From a virus (taxonomy: Duplodnaviria > Caudoviricetes): a DNA stretch of 38,507 nucleotides. How positions within the stretch are numbered: position 1 is the stretch's first letter; each line of letters starts with the position of its first letter. The stretch lies in the IMG/VR virus record IMGVR_UViG_3300008255_000242, positions 1 through 38,507 of that record. The stretch is one strand, 5' to 3'. The translations under genes and the position numbers were made by a program. This document shows positions 28,643 through 35,557 of the stretch, one piece after another. Under the pieces are notes generated by a model, which worked only from the letters and a program-made list of their open reading frames with translations, was not told where the DNA came from and did no database searches.

Positions 28643-30192
28643 CCTTTTGCTCTGGAGCGCCAGACAGTGCCGCCCCCGTTGTATTTGATCGGTTTGGGCT
28701 TGGGTCTTCCGGCTGGCCGCACCAGCTCGGTTGCTTCGCCACCGCCCCAGATGGCGTATTCTGCTGCTTCCATGACGTCAGCGAGCGGATTTTTCTTGTC
28801 GACGACCTCCTCGACACGCATGCCGTCCGGCGACTTGATGTGCTTCATCGTGCACCCGCCATCGAGCGCCTGGATCAGCGGCGCGCAGTGAATGCGATCG
28901 AGGATCAGCCGCGGCGCTCCGGTGTCGGTCCTGCCCTTCAGCAGCTTGACCATGGCCGCCTGGCGCAAGGACGGATTGTCATGGGCCTTCGGCGAGCGGA
29001 ACGGCAGTTTCTTGGCCTTGAAGATGTCAAATGCGGTGTCTTCTGGGCGCTGCACCGATGTGCCGCCACCGAACCGAGTATTGCCATACGGATCGCCCCA
29101 GCCCACCCAGCCGGTTTCCTTCCAGAACGGGAACCACGTATTCAATTCGGCCAGGACGCGGTCTGCCAGCTGCTCGGCGCCGTCACCATGGGCGAGGATC
29201 GAGCGCAGGCCCATCCAGCGGTCATCCCAATTCTGGAACAGGTGGATACACCCGTGGATCCCGGGGTCGTAACCGGCGATGATCGGCAGGTTCTCGTGCG
29301 CCTTCAGCCCGTCACCGATGTGGATGTTGGTCAGGAACTGCGTATAGCGCGGGAACCCCTTCCGGATCGGCACCACCTTGTTCATCAGGTCGCGGCGAAC
29401 ATCGTTGTACGACCGACCTGAGAGTTCCTGCCGGATCGATTCCTCACCGATGTGCTTCAGGTTCTCGGCTTCCGGGTTGACGTCGAAGCGCAGGAACACA
29501 TCGGCGTCATCGCGGACCTCGAGCACGGCCGCCGGCTGTTCGAAGAATTCCCAATCGTCGGGCTTTTGCATTTCGAAGCGCTGTTCCGGCGTCCAGTCGC
29601 GCGGCATCGGGGTCTTGCCCCGCATGTAGTAGCCCCAGAACTTGTCGGTTGCCGGCGCGTTCATGTCGCCAACCATCCATTTGCGCCGGTCATATTCCGG
29701 GCAGTCCTTGCGGGCCGGGAATCGTCCTGTCCGCGAATACACTTCCTTGACGATCGGCAGAGGGCAGAACTGAAGCTCGTTGCCCCACGCCCCGGTCCAC
29801 TCGGTCGACTTCAGGTCCTTGATCGTCTTTTCGATGTTGCCGAAGTCCAGGGCCCGGAACACGACTTCCCACTCGACATCCTCGAACTGGTACTTCGCAA
29901 CCATCGGCTCGGATCCGGTGATGCGCCCCCACTCTTCCTCGGGAAACCATTGTCTCCACGTCGGAATAGTCGAGGAATTCAGGTTCGGATACGTGTCACG
30001 GAAGGCCAGGAACTTCGAGCGGCGCACCCCGTCTTTGCAGCGCGGCATGGTCACGGCCTTGCCGTAGACCTCAGACAGCGACCAGACCGACTTGCCCGAG
30101 TTGACCGGGCCTTCGACCAGCTTGAATGATGCCGGTGACAGGGAAGCGAGATCGAGCACCGGCGCATGCTCGAAGCTGATGATGTCACCCAC
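28639..30192 (-). CDS. terL: terminase large subunit
   Basis: Walker A GPVNSGKS, RDTYPNL..T, Walker B (WGNE), DMNAP, nuclease GYDPG. Confidence 0.9.
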   Translation of the reverse strand: MGDIISFEHAPVLDLASLSPASFKLVEGPVNSGKSVWSLSEVYGKAVTMPRCKDGVRRSKFLAFRDTYPNLNSSTIPTWRQWFPEEEWGRITGSEPMVAKYQFEDVEWEVVFRALDFGNIEKTIKDLKSTEWTGAWGNELQFCPLPIVKEVYSRTGRFPARKDCPEYDRRKWMVGDMNAPATDKFWGYYMRGKTPMPRDWTPEQRFEMQKPDDWEFFEQPAAVLEVRDDADVFLRFDVNPEAENLKHIGEESIRQELSGRSYNDVRRDLMNKVVPIRKGFPRYTQFLTNIHIGDGLKAHENLPIIAGYDPGIHGCIHLFQNWDDRWMGLRSILAHGDGAEQLADRVLAELNTWFPFWKETGWVGWGDPYGNTRFGGGTSVQRPEDTAFDIFKAKKLPFRSPKAHDNPSLRQAAMVKLLKGRTDTGAPRLILDRIHCAPLIQALDGGCTMKHIKSPDGMRVEEVVDKKNPLADVMEAAEYAIWGGGEATELVRPAGRPKPKPIKYNGGGTVWRSRAKG

Positions 30193-30490
30193 GTTTGCGT
30201 CCTCTGGTTTCGACGTAGCGGGTCTTGCCCCGCACCTTCTTCGGCCGGCGCCTCAATCCGTCGATAACGGTGATGACGACGCCATGCTTGATGATGAAGG
30301 TACACCCATGTTCATGGTGACGGGCCGCACCGGCCCTCAGCTTCTCCAGGAGAGCCGGTGTGCACATCTGGGCCTGCAGGTCATCGAGTGTGACAAAGCC
30401 GCTGAGCATCTCGTAGGAAACCCCGTATCGGGCCTCTGCAAAACGCTCAGCGGCATGCCGGGTGACGATCTTTCGCAGATCGTCGGTCAT
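30185..30490 (-). CDS. hypothetical protein
   Basis: VTRHAAERF...VVITV pattern; overlaps the terL start. Confidence 0.6.
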   Translation of the reverse strand: MTDDLRKIVTRHAAERFAEARYGVSYEMLSGFVTLDDLQAQMCTPALLEKLRAGAARHHEHGCTFIIKHGVVITVIDGLRRRPKKVRGKTRYVETRGRKRG

Positions 30491-30493
30491 GGC

Positions 30494-31171
30494 TCAGCTG
30501 TCGCCGCCATATTTGTAGAAGGATTCGAACGCCTCGGCCGCGGCAACAATGTCCGCCAGCGGCATGTGATTGTGCATCTTGGCGTACTTGAAAGCGTCCC
30601 GAACCGCCTGCATCCGCATCGCGTCCTCGGGCTCCAGGCCCCATGCCAGGGCATACCCGGAATAATCGGTCACCCGGTCAACCAGAGATCCGCCCACCGC
30701 CATCGCAGACTTCAGGTCATCGTCCAGTGCCGCAACCGTCGCATCCTCGTGGGCAGCAACAAGCTGGTGGGCCTGAAACTGTGCATACGCCTCGGCCGCC
30801 TTTTGGCGCTCATCAGGTGTTCCAAAGAACGTCGCCGTGATCAGTACTCCATCCGATGTCGTGAATTCAGTCTCCGTCCAGGACCCGCACTCGGTCAGCT
30901 TCACGGTATGCGGCTCGGATCCAATGTACCGGGTTGTCACACCGGACGGCTCGCCAGACGTCACGCCCTCGACGAACTCACCCCCCGGACCAGCAGGCAG
31001 GTCACCATCCCGCCCGGAACCGTAAGCCCCCCCACCCACACTTCCTGCCGGCGCAGCCGGGTCAGCCTTCGCAAACGCTTCAGCAAACTCCCGCTCATTC
31101 GCAGCCAATTCCTCGATCGATCCAATTACAGGATCCTCATCACCATCAACCTGTTCGTTATCGCCGCTCAT
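30494..31171 (-). CDS. hypothetical acidic protein
   Basis: ATG 31171 after GGAGTGAGG. Confidence 0.6.
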   Translation of the reverse strand: MSGDNEQVDGDEDPVIGSIEELAANEREFAEAFAKADPAAPAGSVGGGAYGSGRDGDLPAGPGGEFVEGVTSGEPSGVTTRYIGSEPHTVKLTECGSWTETEFTTSDGVLITATFFGTPDERQKAAEAYAQFQAHQLVAAHEDATVAALDDDLKSAMAVGGSLVDRVTDYSGYALAWGLEPEDAMRMQAVRDAFKYAKMHNHMPLADIVAAAEAFESFYKYGGDS

Positions 31172-31631
31172 GAGCCTCACTCCCTGATTTGTGTAAGACC
31201 GATAATTCCGATTTTTTTGATTAATGCAAGAGCCATGAGCCAAACATCAGGGATTTATACCCCGCCCATTAATTATGGATAACCAGACCGTTACCATCAA
31301 ACCTGCAGTAAACACTGGAATGGCCGATAATTCCGCTATTCCCGATACAAACCCGGAATAACAACCGATTTTATCTCATATTCCGCTTTAAGGTAGTCTA
31401 ACCCCCGCGTTTGAGCAGACCAGACCCCGGTATTTGGTAACCACAGAGTGAAACATGGCTATAGGGGGGAATAAAAAGTTGGGGGAGATACCCATCGAGC
31501 CCGGGAGGGGCGCGGATTTTGCCCCCCGGGTGGCATTTTGAGAGACCCCCACCCCCTCCCTGGTTTCGTTCTGACACTATGCAGGCAGTCAGAACGTCAG
31601 GCCGGATCACCTGCAATTGCTGCAGGTTGCG

Positions 31632-32144
31632 CTATGTCTGCACGTCTGATGCTGTATCACTATGCTTACGTGATGCGCCGCGCACCACCATCACCAGCTT
31701 AGACGCATCGCCGCGCCGCGATCCCCCGTCCTGATTGCGTAACGTCTCCCGGTATTGATTGGCCGTCTGGTGCGGGAACCTGTTGTCGCCACGGGTGATT
31801 GCCTGCTGCTGAGCTGTATCGATCCACGCCAGGGCTAATGCACGTGCGCGTGTGGCCGCTTGTGCCAGTTCAGGGAAGGTCACCTTCCACTCTTCCCAAT
31901 CATTCGGATTAATCGAAAGCGCTGCGGTTATTGCAGCTTCCGTTGATCCAAGCGCGCCCAGTGCAGTGACCTTGTCCGGCAGGTCTGGCGTGTATTCAGT
32001 CTGTTGCGGTGGCAATGTGCCGAGTATGGCGTCAGGCGCGTGGACAGCGAGGAGCTGCTTTAGCTGCTGCACTTCGCGCTCCAGCTCGTCGCATTGCGCT
32101 TTTAGCTGTTCCTCGCGTGCACGCTTCATTGGCTGGCCTGACAT
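31632..32144 (-). CDS. terS: probable terminase small subunit
   Basis: EYTPDL...G.T...I...L.I....WEEW...FPE..A..RAR HTH-type pattern, upstream of terL. Confidence 0.6.
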   Translation of the reverse strand: MSGQPMKRAREEQLKAQCDELEREVQQLKQLLAVHAPDAILGTLPPQQTEYTPDLPDKVTALGALGSTEAAITAALSINPNDWEEWKVTFPELAQAATRARALALAWIDTAQQQAITRGDNRFPHQTANQYRETLRNQDGGSRRGDASKLVMVVRGASRKHSDTASDVQT

Positions 32145-32254
32145 TGTCTCTGCTCCTCCGCGCTACGCGCTCTCTAGTGCTCTTGATGCTTCAATAGATG
32201 CAGCGGTGTTCCTGTTCTGTCCATATGCGGTGGCCTTCACATCGGGAATTCCGA

Positions 32255-32283
32255 TTGACTTTTACTGATTTATTGGATATATT
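32255..32283 (+). promoter_or_regulatory. strong sigma70 promoter of the early operon
   Basis: TTGACT-17 nt-TATATT. Confidence 0.8.
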
Positions 32284-32290
32284 TGGATCA

Positions 32291-32328
32291 TGGAGCGGCA
32301 GACTGATGTGCTCCAGGCTCTTTGACAT
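32291..32328 (+). promoter_or_regulatory. hairpin plus boxA-like antitermination element
   Basis: TGGAGC...GCTCCA hairpin followed by GCTCTTTGACAT (compare rrn boxA TGCTCTTTAACA). Confidence 0.6.
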
Positions 32329-32339
32329 CGTTAGGGAAT

Positions 32340-32433
32340 ATCGAAACACGCGAGGCGGGGCTCTCTCCAGCCATGTCTAAACCGCTCGTGTGTCTGTTCG
32401 GGGTAAGCGCCCGGGCACTGATGAGACAGCTTA
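32340..32433 (+). ncRNA. type II hammerhead ribozyme 1 (predicted cleavage after 32394)
   Basis: TC-GAAA-CACGCGAG...CTCGTGTG-TC / TGTTCGGG-loop-CCCGGGCA-CTGATGA-GA; loop TAAGC pairs with tail GCTTA. Confidence 0.85.
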
Positions 32434-32451
32434 AAAATGGAGACTTAGACC

Positions 32452-32520
32452 ATGTTTTGGACTCTTGGTTACGTTGGCGTCATCGCCTTTCTGTTGATTT
32501 GCAGCAGGTTGGCGCGATGA
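32452..32520 (+). CDS. 22-aa hydrophobic peptide
   Basis: MFWTLGYVGVIAFLLICSRLAR after an AATGGAGA RBS. Confidence 0.55.
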   Translation: MFWTLGYVGVIAFLLICSRLAR

Positions 32521-32618
32521 TCGCCAGCGCTCTTATCTGGCTGGGTTTCGCCTTGGCGCTTGTCGCCTGTGGCTGGCACCTGGTTGACGTGGCGGGATAC
32601 GTTCCGCCTGATGAATAG
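32517..32618 (+). CDS. 33-aa membrane peptide
   Basis: ATGA-coupled; MIASALIWLGFALALVACGWHL...; TAG overlaps ribozyme 2. Confidence 0.55.
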   Translation: MIASALIWLGFALALVACGWHLVDVAGYVPPDE

Positions 32619-32685
32619 TCGAAACGGGCCTTAACGGGCCCGTCATTGCAGGATTTGCCGCCTGCAGTCTGATGAGACAGGCAAA
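32618..32685 (+). ncRNA. type II hammerhead ribozyme 2 (cleavage after 32644)
   Basis: GTC-GAAA-CGGGCC..GGCCCG-TC / ATTGCAGG..CCTGCAGT-CTGATGA-GAC; pseudoknot TTTGCC/GGCAAA. Confidence 0.92.
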
Positions 32686-32709
32686 CCCCACTAAATGGAG
32701 ATTGTGACC

Positions 32710-32970
32710 ATGTGCTATGAAGTAGCCAAAGAGATGCAGAGCGTTCTGATTGCCCATCACCGGGAAGCAAGCGCCGCGCTTCGCGCCGTTCCTGGTATCA
32801 GCTCGGGCTCTATGGGCCTGACGCCAGACGCGGTGAAGGCATCGCCAGCATACAGGGAAGCCCGTGAAGATTATCACGCATGCCATGAGGCACTAGGCCG
32901 GTTTAACCGGTGGTTTTTCAAGCAATACAAGGCCGAGATACGCGCCGAACGACGCGCCATCTTTGCCTAG
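32710..32970 (+). CDS. hypothetical early protein
   Basis: AATGGAGA RBS; GLTPDAVKASPAY motif; TAG overlaps ribozyme 3. Confidence 0.75.
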   Translation: MCYEVAKEMQSVLIAHHREASAALRAVPGISSGSMGLTPDAVKASPAYREAREDYHACHEALGRFNRWFFKQYKAEIRAERRAIFA

Positions 32971-33034
32971 TCGAAACCGGGTTTCGGCCCGGTCTGCCAT
33001 GGGTTCGCGGCCTGGCGCTGATGAGACACGCGAA
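32970..33034 (+). ncRNA. type II hammerhead ribozyme 3 (cleavage after 32994)
   Basis: GTC-GAAA-CCGGGT-TTCG-GCCCGG-TC / TGCCA..TGGCG-CTGATGA-GAC; pseudoknot TTCGCG/CGCGAA. Confidence 0.9.
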
Positions 33035-33051
33035 ACAATGGAGATTACGAC

Positions 33052-33339
33052 ATGACAGCAACCACACTAGCCCGCCCTTTGGGGGGCATACAATGGTTTA
33101 TAGTCGGCGAAGGCGGTGGCGAATGCTGCATATACCGCCACCGCAACGGGCCTGATGTGCTTTTGCACATGCGCCATTGCGACGGCGCAAAGGAATTGCT
33201 CGCACTTCTAAATGAGGGCAACGGGCTCGCCGCTTTGGCCTTCCTGCAGCGCTTGGCGCCGCCTAAATCGCCGCTCTTGGCCTGGTCACTACGGCAGGCA
33301 ATCCCGGACATGCGGCTACTTATCGATCTTTACAATTGA
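33052..33339 (+). CDS. hypothetical early protein
   Basis: AATGGAGA RBS; fills the space between ribozymes 3 and 4. Confidence 0.7.
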   Translation: MTATTLARPLGGIQWFIVGEGGGECCIYRHRNGPDVLLHMRHCDGAKELLALLNEGNGLAALAFLQRLAPPKSPLLAWSLRQAIPDMRLLIDLYN

Positions 33340-33341
33340 GA

Positions 33342-33404
33342 GTCGAAACCCTCGCAAGAGGGTCTGTAGGGGCCTAACCCGCCCTACACTGATGAGACAG
33401 GGTT
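33342..33404 (+). ncRNA. type II hammerhead ribozyme 4 (cleavage after 33364)
   Basis: GTC-GAAA-CCCTC-GCAA-GAGGG-TC / TGTAGGG..CCCTACA-CTGATGA-GAC; pseudoknot AACCC/GGGTT. Confidence 0.92.
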
Positions 33405-33424
33405 TATTCAATGGAGACTACACA

Positions 33425-34210
33425 ATGAGCAATACTTATCGCTTTTCCGCTGACCTATTCCGCACGGTTTACCGCTTCGCATCGAAAGAGAAGACGCGGT
33501 ATTATCTTAACGGGGTTTGCATTCAGCAAGCGCCTAAGGGCCAGCCTGGCGTTGTCATGGTGGCAACAGACGGCGCAAAGATGATTGTTGCATATGATCC
33601 GAAAGGATCAGCCCCCGCCGGTGAAGGCGTCATAGTTCGCACTGAAGGCCACAAAGTGCCCGGCTCTAACTTCCGGGACAACACTAAGCTGGGTTCCAGT
33701 GTGGAGCGTGTCGCAATCCTGGACATGGGCAAGCGTGGCGCGGGTGATGCCTACGCTGCAAGCCTGGTTGATTGCTGGACCGATAAGGACGGCAACAGCG
33801 AGGAGCTGCCAGCGTCGGCGCATGTGTTTGAACACGTCGACGGCACGTTTCCAGATTGGGCGCGCATCATTCCCAACTTTGGGAATTGCGCTCCCGTCGA
33901 CAACGCCAGCGTGTTCAACGCGAAGCAATTGAAAGTGTTTTGCGATGCTGCGTCAGACTTTCAACGCAACGTCAGAACACCGGCAATTTCAGTCTGGGCT
34001 AAGTCGCCCGCTGACCCTGCCTTGGTGACCTTTGGCATTGTCCTGGAACGTGGCCGCGACTTGTTCGGGGTTCTGATGCCTATCAGGTCTGAGGCTGGCG
34101 AAGCTGCGGACCGTGGCGCGCCTGACTGGACGAAAGGGCATGACCTGCCTGCAATCGCCAGTGAAGAAACCGTGACCCTTGAGGCGGAAGCCGAACGGAT
34201 CGCGGCCTAA
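33425..34210 (+). CDS. DNA polymerase III beta-clamp-like protein (partial clamp fold)
   Basis: TRYYLNGV, MVATDG, DGTFPDWARIIP, FNAKQL and GVLMPIR match DnaN middle and C-terminal domain motifs. Confidence 0.8.
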   Translation: MSNTYRFSADLFRTVYRFASKEKTRYYLNGVCIQQAPKGQPGVVMVATDGAKMIVAYDPKGSAPAGEGVIVRTEGHKVPGSNFRDNTKLGSSVERVAILDMGKRGAGDAYAASLVDCWTDKDGNSEELPASAHVFEHVDGTFPDWARIIPNFGNCAPVDNASVFNAKQLKVFCDAASDFQRNVRTPAISVWAKSPADPALVTFGIVLERGRDLFGVLMPIRSEAGEAADRGAPDWTKGHDLPAIASEETVTLEAEAERIAA

Positions 34211-34281
34211 GTCGAAACGCGGGCCCTTTGGGGCTCGCGTCTGCCAGCACCTGCCCCCGCTGGCACTGATGAGACAGGGGC
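34211..34281 (+). ncRNA. type II hammerhead ribozyme 5 (cleavage after 34241)
   Basis: GTC-GAAA-CGCGGGCCC-TTTG-GGGCTCGCG-TC / TGCCAGC..GCTGGCA-CTGATGA-GAC; pseudoknot GCCCC/GGGGC. Confidence 0.92.
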
Positions 34282-34307
34282 CTTTTCTATAAATGGAGAC
34301 TGAACAC

Positions 34308-34886
34308 ATGACCGAGATTCGGATTTATGCGGCCTGCCTGGCGTCTTACAACAACGGGCGCTTGTACGGCCAATGGATTGATTGCGCGGGCAAGGATGCC
34401 GATGATCTGCAGGAAGAGGTTAGCGCCATGCTTGCCGCTTCCCCAGAGCCTGACGCGGAAGAATGGGCGATTCATGATTACGAATGCCCATCGGCCTGGC
34501 GCTCTCACTTTTCCGAGTTCATGGGGCTGGACAAGGTCGCAACCTTTGCGGCCCTGGCTGATCTCATGGCAAGCGGTGACCACTATGCCGCCGGTGTTGC
34601 AATTGCGCTTGATCGCATGAACGGCGCCTGGGACGCGGCAGACGTGGAACGCTGGATCGATGACCACTATGCGGGAGAGTCCGACAACGGGCCCGCAGAT
34701 TGGGTTGAGAACTGGCTTGAAGAAACCGGCGGCCTTGAAGGTGTGCCGGAAAACCTCCGCAATTACTTCGATTTTGAGGCATACGCCCGGGACTGCTCAA
34801 TGGGTGATATCGATTTCGTAGACAGTGAAGGCGACACCGTGCGCCATGACTCCCGCGAAAGCTGTTATGCCTTTTACTCGAACTAG
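34308..34886 (+). CDS. ardA: antirestriction protein ArdA
   Basis: RIYAACLASYNNGRLYGQWID, EEWAIHDYE, NYFDFEAYARD; highly acidic, as expected of a DNA mimic. Confidence 0.92.
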   Translation: MTEIRIYAACLASYNNGRLYGQWIDCAGKDADDLQEEVSAMLAASPEPDAEEWAIHDYECPSAWRSHFSEFMGLDKVATFAALADLMASGDHYAAGVAIALDRMNGAWDAADVERWIDDHYAGESDNGPADWVENWLEETGGLEGVPENLRNYFDFEAYARDCSMGDIDFVDSEGDTVRHDSRESCYAFYSN

Positions 34887-34948
34887 TCGAAACCCCGCTT
34901 CGGCGGGGTCTGGTGAGACTGGCCGCTCGCCACTGATGAGACAGGCCG
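34886..34948 (+). ncRNA. type II hammerhead ribozyme 6 (cleavage after 34910)
   Basis: GTC-GAAA-CCCCGC-TTCG-GCGGGG-TC / TGGTGAG..CTCGCCA-CTGATGA-GAC; pseudoknot TGGCC/GGCCG. Confidence 0.92.
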
Positions 34949-34976
34949 CAACCCTCAACAATGGAGACTTAACCGC

Positions 34977-35213
34977 ATGTTTGATGCACTCAAAATGGTG
35001 CGCCTCATTTCCGGCCTGGCGATTACTGCCAGCGGTGCCGGCTCTCTCACCTTCGCCTTTGATCTGCACTTCATCGCCGGCTTGCTGGCATGGGGTGCAA
35101 CCATGCTCGCCGGGTTCTGGACCGTTGGTGTCCTGATCGATCGTGACGAATGCGAGGACGTGGATTCAATCCTCGACGCTGAAGCAGAGAGAGGCGAGCG
35201 CACACAATCCTAG
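34977..35213 (+). CDS. small membrane protein with acidic tail
   Basis: AATGGAGA RBS; two hydrophobic segments. Confidence 0.7.
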   Translation: MFDALKMVRLISGLAITASGAGSLTFAFDLHFIAGLLAWGATMLAGFWTVGVLIDRDECEDVDSILDAEAERGERTQS

Positions 35214-35216
35214 ACT

Positions 35217-35286
35217 GTCGAAACGCCGGGCCGCGCGCCTGGCGTCCGGGGAGGGCTGGCCGCTTTCCCGCTGATGAGACAGGCCA
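35217..35286 (+). ncRNA. type II hammerhead ribozyme 7 (cleavage after 35246)
   Basis: GTC-GAAA-CGCCGGG..CCTGGCG-TC / CGGGGAGG..CTTTCCCG-CTGATGA-GAC; pseudoknot TGGCC/GGCCA. Confidence 0.9.
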
Positions 35287-35301
35287 ACAATGGAGATTGT
35301 G

Positions 35302-35478
35302 ATGAAAACCCAAGCCGTGAAAATGGTTTGCAGCAATTGCGGTAGCGATGACGTCACCCGCGACGCTGTAGTGCGCTGGAGCATTCAAAGCCAGCAATGG
35401 GAAGTATCAAACGTATTTGACAATTCCGACTGTGAGGCATGCGGCGAAACCCGCCTTTCTGAAGTCGTCGTTGAATAG
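35302..35478 (+). CDS. small Zn-ribbon protein
   Basis: CSNCGS...CEACG; AATGGAGA RBS; TAG overlaps ribozyme 8. Confidence 0.75.
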   Translation: MKTQAVKMVCSNCGSDDVTRDAVVRWSIQSQQWEVSNVFDNSDCEACGETRLSEVVVE

Positions 35479-35539
35479 TCGAAACCGGGTTCCGGCCCGG
35501 TCTGACGCCTTGAGCAAGCGTCACTGATGAGACAGCTCA
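35478..35539 (+). ncRNA. type II hammerhead ribozyme 8 (cleavage after 35502)
   Basis: GTC-GAAA-CCGGGT-TCCG-GCCCGG-TC / TGACGC..GCGTCA-CTGATGA-GAC; pseudoknot TGAGC/GCTCA. Confidence 0.92.
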
Positions 35540-35557
35540 CTAAATGGAGACTGCACT

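Noticed and set aside
9893-31282. Long plus-strand ORFs antisense to the late genes (e.g. 10720, 14554, 22674, 30092)
   Set aside because: These are typical high-GC shadow ORFs with no recognisable motifs, opposite well-supported structural genes.
31220-31405. CtrA boxes (TTAA-N7-TTAA) in the AT-rich region
   Set aside because: Only half sites or off-spacing matches are visible.
32322-32618. 98-aa ORF from the track, plus the extended starts at 32695, 33212, 34293, 35290 and 36152
   Set aside because: These run through ribozymes or spacers, or use the ATG inside the AATGGAGA RBS. The downstream ATGs fit the RBS spacing better.
32340-35539. Repeats interpreted as a CRISPR array or integron attC sites
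   Set aside because: The spacers are whole genes of variable length, and only the hammerhead core nucleotides are conserved. There are no cas genes and no RYYYAAC/GTTRRRY ends.
32618-35539. Intergenic hairpins interpreted as Rho-independent terminators
   Set aside because: They lack U-tracts and are explained as ribozyme stems I and III.
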